Source: an uncultured virus (IMG/VR IMGVR_UViG_3300041411_000304) (lineage: Duplodnaviria; Heunggongvirae; Uroviricota; Caudoviricetes). Taken from it: a stretch of DNA of 20,000 nucleotides. The position numbers and the translations under genes are program-made. The first letter of the stretch is position 1. Every line of letters begins with the position of its first letter. The notes under the pieces were generated by a model. The model ran no database searches. It worked only from the letters and a program-made list of their open reading frames with translations, and was not told the origin of the DNA. Shown piece after piece: positions 17,392 to 20,000 of the stretch. The stretch lies in IMG/VR virus record IMGVR_UViG_3300041411_000304. The stretch is one strand, 5' to 3'.

Positions 17392-17416
17392 AGAAAGACG
17401 GCCCGGAGGCCGTCTT
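17392..17416 (-). terminator. Hairpin/probable terminator between the VOC gene and the exonuclease
   Basis: 9-bp stem AAGACGGCC (17395-17403) / GGCCGTCTT (17408-17416), UCCG loop on the - strand, short U-rich tail. Confidence 0.6.
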
Positions 17417-17431
17417 GTTGGAGGGTGGAGG

Positions 17432-17971
17432 TTACACTGCTTCGTGCGAGGTCGGCGTGTACTCCTTGCGAACGATGAACTTCAGATCAACGCCCAGAAC
17501 TTTCTGGGTGTCGAAGATGGTGTAGTGGTAGCGGCGCGAATCCTTGATGGCAGGATTTTCATGCATCTCGGTGTAGACTTCCTGGGCGATAGCGAAGCCT
17601 TTGGCCTTGAAGTATTCCTTGAACTGCTCCAGCTCTTCAGCGGTGCAGTGCATGCCCAGATGGCTGACGACGCTGCCAAAGTTGTCGTTGTTCTGGCGGC
17701 TGTCAACCCAGTTCGGGCCGCTGGTGTAGTCCAGCACTTCGAACTCCAGCGGCTTGCCTACCGGGTCATTGCCATTGCCGGCTTGGTAGTTGAAGTTCAA
17801 ATTGGCGATGTTGACGCCTTCCTCACCGAACACTTCGCCACGTGCCATCACGCGGTCGCTGATCCACTCGGACAGGCCGAGGTCCGAAAGGATTTCCATG
17901 GCCAGCTTCGGGTTGTTCGGAGCGATGGCGACTTGTTCGATGCGGAACTTTGGGACGACTACTTGGTTCAC
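17432..17971 (-). CDS. VOC (glyoxalase/methylmalonyl-CoA epimerase-like) family enzyme, 179 aa
   Basis: GTG at 17971 with SD AAGGAG. The pattern 'RIEQVAIA...LEFEVLDY..GPNW...SHLGMHC...YTIFDT...LGVDLKFI' fits the paired beta-alpha-beta-beta-beta VOC fold. Confidence 0.72.
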   Translation of the reverse strand: MNQVVVPKFRIEQVAIAPNNPKLAMEILSDLGLSEWISDRVMARGEVFGEEGVNIANLNFNYQAGNGNDPVGKPLEFEVLDYTSGPNWVDSRQNNDNFGSVVSHLGMHCTAEELEQFKEYFKAKGFAIAQEVYTEMHENPAIKDSRRYHYTIFDTQKVLGVDLKFIVRKEYTPTSHEAV

Positions 17972-18002
17972 TGGTGAAACTCCTTGAAGTTGAGCGGGTA
18001 TT

Positions 18003-18203
18003 TTAGAGGTTGCTGGGATCAAAAGGAACGTTCACGCGGAAATCGCTGCGAACAGTCTTGCCTTGGATTTCCGCGCGCATCACCTGGCCGGTAGCCTCGA
18101 TGCGATGGTGTGCCTTCTCCACGGTCGCTTGGAGTTCTTGGCCATCATCAGTTACCACGGTGACTTGGGCGATCTCACCGACCATCTCAATGATCACTTT
18201 CAC
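18003..18203 (-). CDS. Hypothetical protein (66 aa)
   Basis: GTG start 3 nt after the SDR stop; fills the gap between the SDR and VOC genes. Confidence 0.55.
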   Translation of the reverse strand: MKVIIEMVGEIAQVTVVTDDGQELQATVEKAHHRIEATGQVMRAEIQGKTVRSDFRVNVPFDPSNL

Positions 18204-18206
18204 GGC

Positions 18207-18887
18207 TTACTTCCCGAAAGGCACATCGGTGCCGGACATGTATTTCCATGCGCCCGAATCAAGCAGACCGGCGATGAACTCGGCCAGGGTTTCGGGCGGC
18301 GATTCCAGACCGTGCATAAGCGCTTTCTTCTGGTATTCTGCGGCATATTCCGGAGTCCAGCCGCGAACTTTGCACACGTTGTCCTCGATTTGCTTGGACA
18401 TGCCGGTGCCCTTGAGCTTGTTCGGGGACACCGAGAAGACGGTGATACCGTGCTTGGGCGTCAGCTCGTGCGCCATCTGCTTGGTTATCATCAGGCCGGC
18501 TGCCTTGGAGGCGTTGTAGGCCAGCGAGCTGGTCATGGGGATGTGTGCAGCGTTGGAGACGATGTTGATGACGAAGCCTTTGGACTTGATCAGCTCTTCC
18601 AGACACCACTGCGTCATGTTGACGAAGCTGTAGGCGTTGACCTCCATAACGCGACGGAAAGCACCCAAGGTCACTTCCTCAAACCACTGGTTGAGGTTGA
18701 TACCGGCGCAGTTGATGAGACCGTCCAACCCTTCGATCTTGGCGGCCAAGTCGTCGCTATAGCTTGGGCGGCGAACATCATCGCCATACTCCTGGTCGAA
18801 TTCGACAACTTCATGGCCGTTCTGGCGCAGAACGAAAGCCAGAGCAGCACCCAGACCGGATGCGGAACCGGTGACGAGAATTTTCAT
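18207..18887 (-). CDS. Short-chain dehydrogenase/reductase (classical SDR), 226 aa
   Basis: Rossmann TGSASGLG, INCAG, catalytic Ser in 'IVSNAAH', YNASK (YxxxK) and 'VSP'. ATG at 18887 has SD AAGGA. Confidence 0.92.
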   Translation of the reverse strand: MKILVTGSASGLGAALAFVLRQNGHEVVEFDQEYGDDVRRPSYSDDLAAKIEGLDGLINCAGINLNQWFEEVTLGAFRRVMEVNAYSFVNMTQWCLEELIKSKGFVINIVSNAAHIPMTSSLAYNASKAAGLMITKQMAHELTPKHGITVFSVSPNKLKGTGMSKQIEDNVCKVRGWTPEYAAEYQKKALMHGLESPPETLAEFIAGLLDSGAWKYMSGTDVPFGK

Positions 18888-18900
18888 GAATTGCTTCCTT

Positions 18901-18924
18901 GAAGAAGGGCCGGCTAACCGGCCC
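18901..18924 (-). terminator. GC-rich hairpin (weak terminator or RNA-stabilising stem) before the SDR
   Basis: GGGCCGG (18907-18913) / CCGGCCC (18918-18924), 4-nt loop, followed by UUCUUC on the - strand. Confidence 0.5.
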
Positions 18925-18930
18925 GGATGA

Positions 18931-19998
18931 TCAGTTGATGGTGATGGTGTGGTCGTGACCAAGGGCGCCCAGCATGGCCAGATATACGGTCATGTCTTCC
19001 ATCGAGTCGACGTGGCGAAGGTCGCCCTTGACGAAGCGGGTGAGCTTGACCATGGCCAGCTCAAACAGGTGCCAGTAGTGGAAGTCTTGCGGGCCGTTCA
19101 ACGTCACGCCGTTGGGGAAGAGCACGGCCATCAACTGGCCGACCAGCACCGCATTGTCCTTGTAGACGGCATTGCGCTCGCGGAAGAGGTCGGCCTGGCC
19201 CTGGAGAATATCGGCGGCGGTGATGTCCTGGAAAGCGGCCTCCAAAACCTCTTCCGATTCGCCGTCCCAGGCCTTTGCTTCTGCGACCAGGTCAAATTCA
19301 TCCGATATAGGGATGTGCAGGACAGGCGCGCCACCAAGGGCAATCGCTTCGTCCAGGCTCAGCGGCACGTCCTCATGGCGCACGACTTCCACCAGGCCAC
19401 CGTCAGCAGCTTGGATGTGCTCATCCACGGTCTTGGCGAGGGTGCCGTCACGAAGGCAACTGGAGCCGGGCGCCTGGCCAGCGCGGGCCAATTCCTCGGC
19501 CTCTTCGTCGGAGATGGGCGAGTGGTCGGCGGCGAACTGATCCAGCGGGTCTTGCGGCGCGTTGGCCGGCTCCTGGCCAGCATCCGCGAGCAGAGGGGCC
19601 TGGCAGCCGGTCGCATCCAGAACGAAGGCAGCAATGCCAAGTGCCAGATAGGCCTGGATGACGTCGTTGCGATCATCGAAGGCTGCTGCGATGCCGGTGC
19701 CATTCTTCGCGGCCATCTCCAGCAGACGGGTGGCGATTTCGGTCTTCAGTTCGGGCGAACTGCGCATGTCATCGTCCGGGCGCATGTACAGCAGATAGTC
19801 GCGAACTGGATTCATGCCAAGGACTTGCCGCAGCCAGGCCTTGGTCTGGATGGCCCACTTCTTCGGGCGAGCGGTAACGAAGACCGGCAGGAGGTTCTGG
19901 GTGCGCGCGTCAGCCAGATACTTCAGAAAGACCGGATTGGCCGAGTCGCGGTGCAGTTGGCCGTGGTATTCGTCATAGACCGAGTGTCTGACTCCGCC
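18931..19998 (-). CDS. HAD phosphatase (T4 PNK 3'-phosphatase-like) fused to a C-terminal DUF6378/Nmad-like helical domain; 5'-truncated
   Basis: The frame is open from the window edge; hand translation gives '...VFVTARPKKWAIQTKAWL...LYMRPDDDMRSSPELK...AAFDDRNDVI', i.e. HAD motifs II-IV. C-terminal domain: 'AADILQGQADLFRERNAVYKDN...MVKLTRF...HVDSMEDMTVYLAML'. Confidence 0.78.
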   Translation of the reverse strand, partial: GGVRHSVYDEYHGQLHRDSANPVFLKYLADARTQNLLPVFVTARPKKWAIQTKAWLRQVLGMNPVRDYLLYMRPDDDMRSSPELKTEIATRLLEMAAKNGTGIAAAFDDRNDVIQAYLALGIAAFVLDATGCQAPLLADAGQEPANAPQDPLDQFAADHSPISDEEAEELARAGQAPGSSCLRDGTLAKTVDEHIQAADGGLVEVVRHEDVPLSLDEAIALGGAPVLHIPISDEFDLVAEAKAWDGESEEVLEAAFQDITAADILQGQADLFRERNAVYKDNAVLVGQLMAVLFPNGVTLNGPQDFHYWHLFELAMVKLTRFVKGDLRHVDSMEDMTVYLAMLGALGHDHTITIN

Positions 19999-20000
19999 AT

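Noticed and set aside
18207..18887. Calling the SDR a host-derived fabG
   Set aside because: It has generic SDR motifs only, is shorter and divergent, and has no fatty-acid synthesis neighbours, so no gene symbol was assigned.
9565..18902. Long + strand ORFs (9565-10578, 11836-12879, 13630-14616, 16874-17977, 18063-18902)
   Set aside because: They are antisense shadows of well-supported - strand genes, expected in GC-rich coding DNA, and carry no recognisable motifs.

Overview
This is a 20 kb segment of a GC-rich, contractile-tailed (myovirus-type) dsDNA bacteriophage. Its gene order resembles PB1-like/Lindbergviridae phages (recalled synteny, not a search result). The + strand (1-6966) ends the morphogenesis module with a Gp138-type baseplate spike, a baseplate J-like protein, a DUF2612-like wedge protein, an 805-aa tail fibre with collar and His-x-His needle, and a GH19 endolysin. 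A bidirectional terminator follows. The - strand (7012-20000) carries replication and nucleotide-metabolism genes: a small cationic protein, ATP-dependent DNA ligase, MazG-like protein, 3TM holin, SSB-like protein, SNF2-like helicase, VRR-NUC-like nuclease, a DnaE-type Pol III alpha with a degenerate PHP domain and a separate DnaQ-like exonuclease. The most unusual part is 17432-20000, directly upstream of the exonuclease and polymerase: a VOC/glyoxalase-fold enzyme, an NAD(P)-dependent SDR, and a HAD phosphatase fused to a DUF6378/Nmad-like helical domain. This is a candidate uncharacterised DNA or nucleotide modification pathway. Other notable signals are sigma70-like promoters embedded in perfect inverted repeats and a canonical EF-hand loop inside the endolysin. 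All family calls come from recognising motifs by eye.
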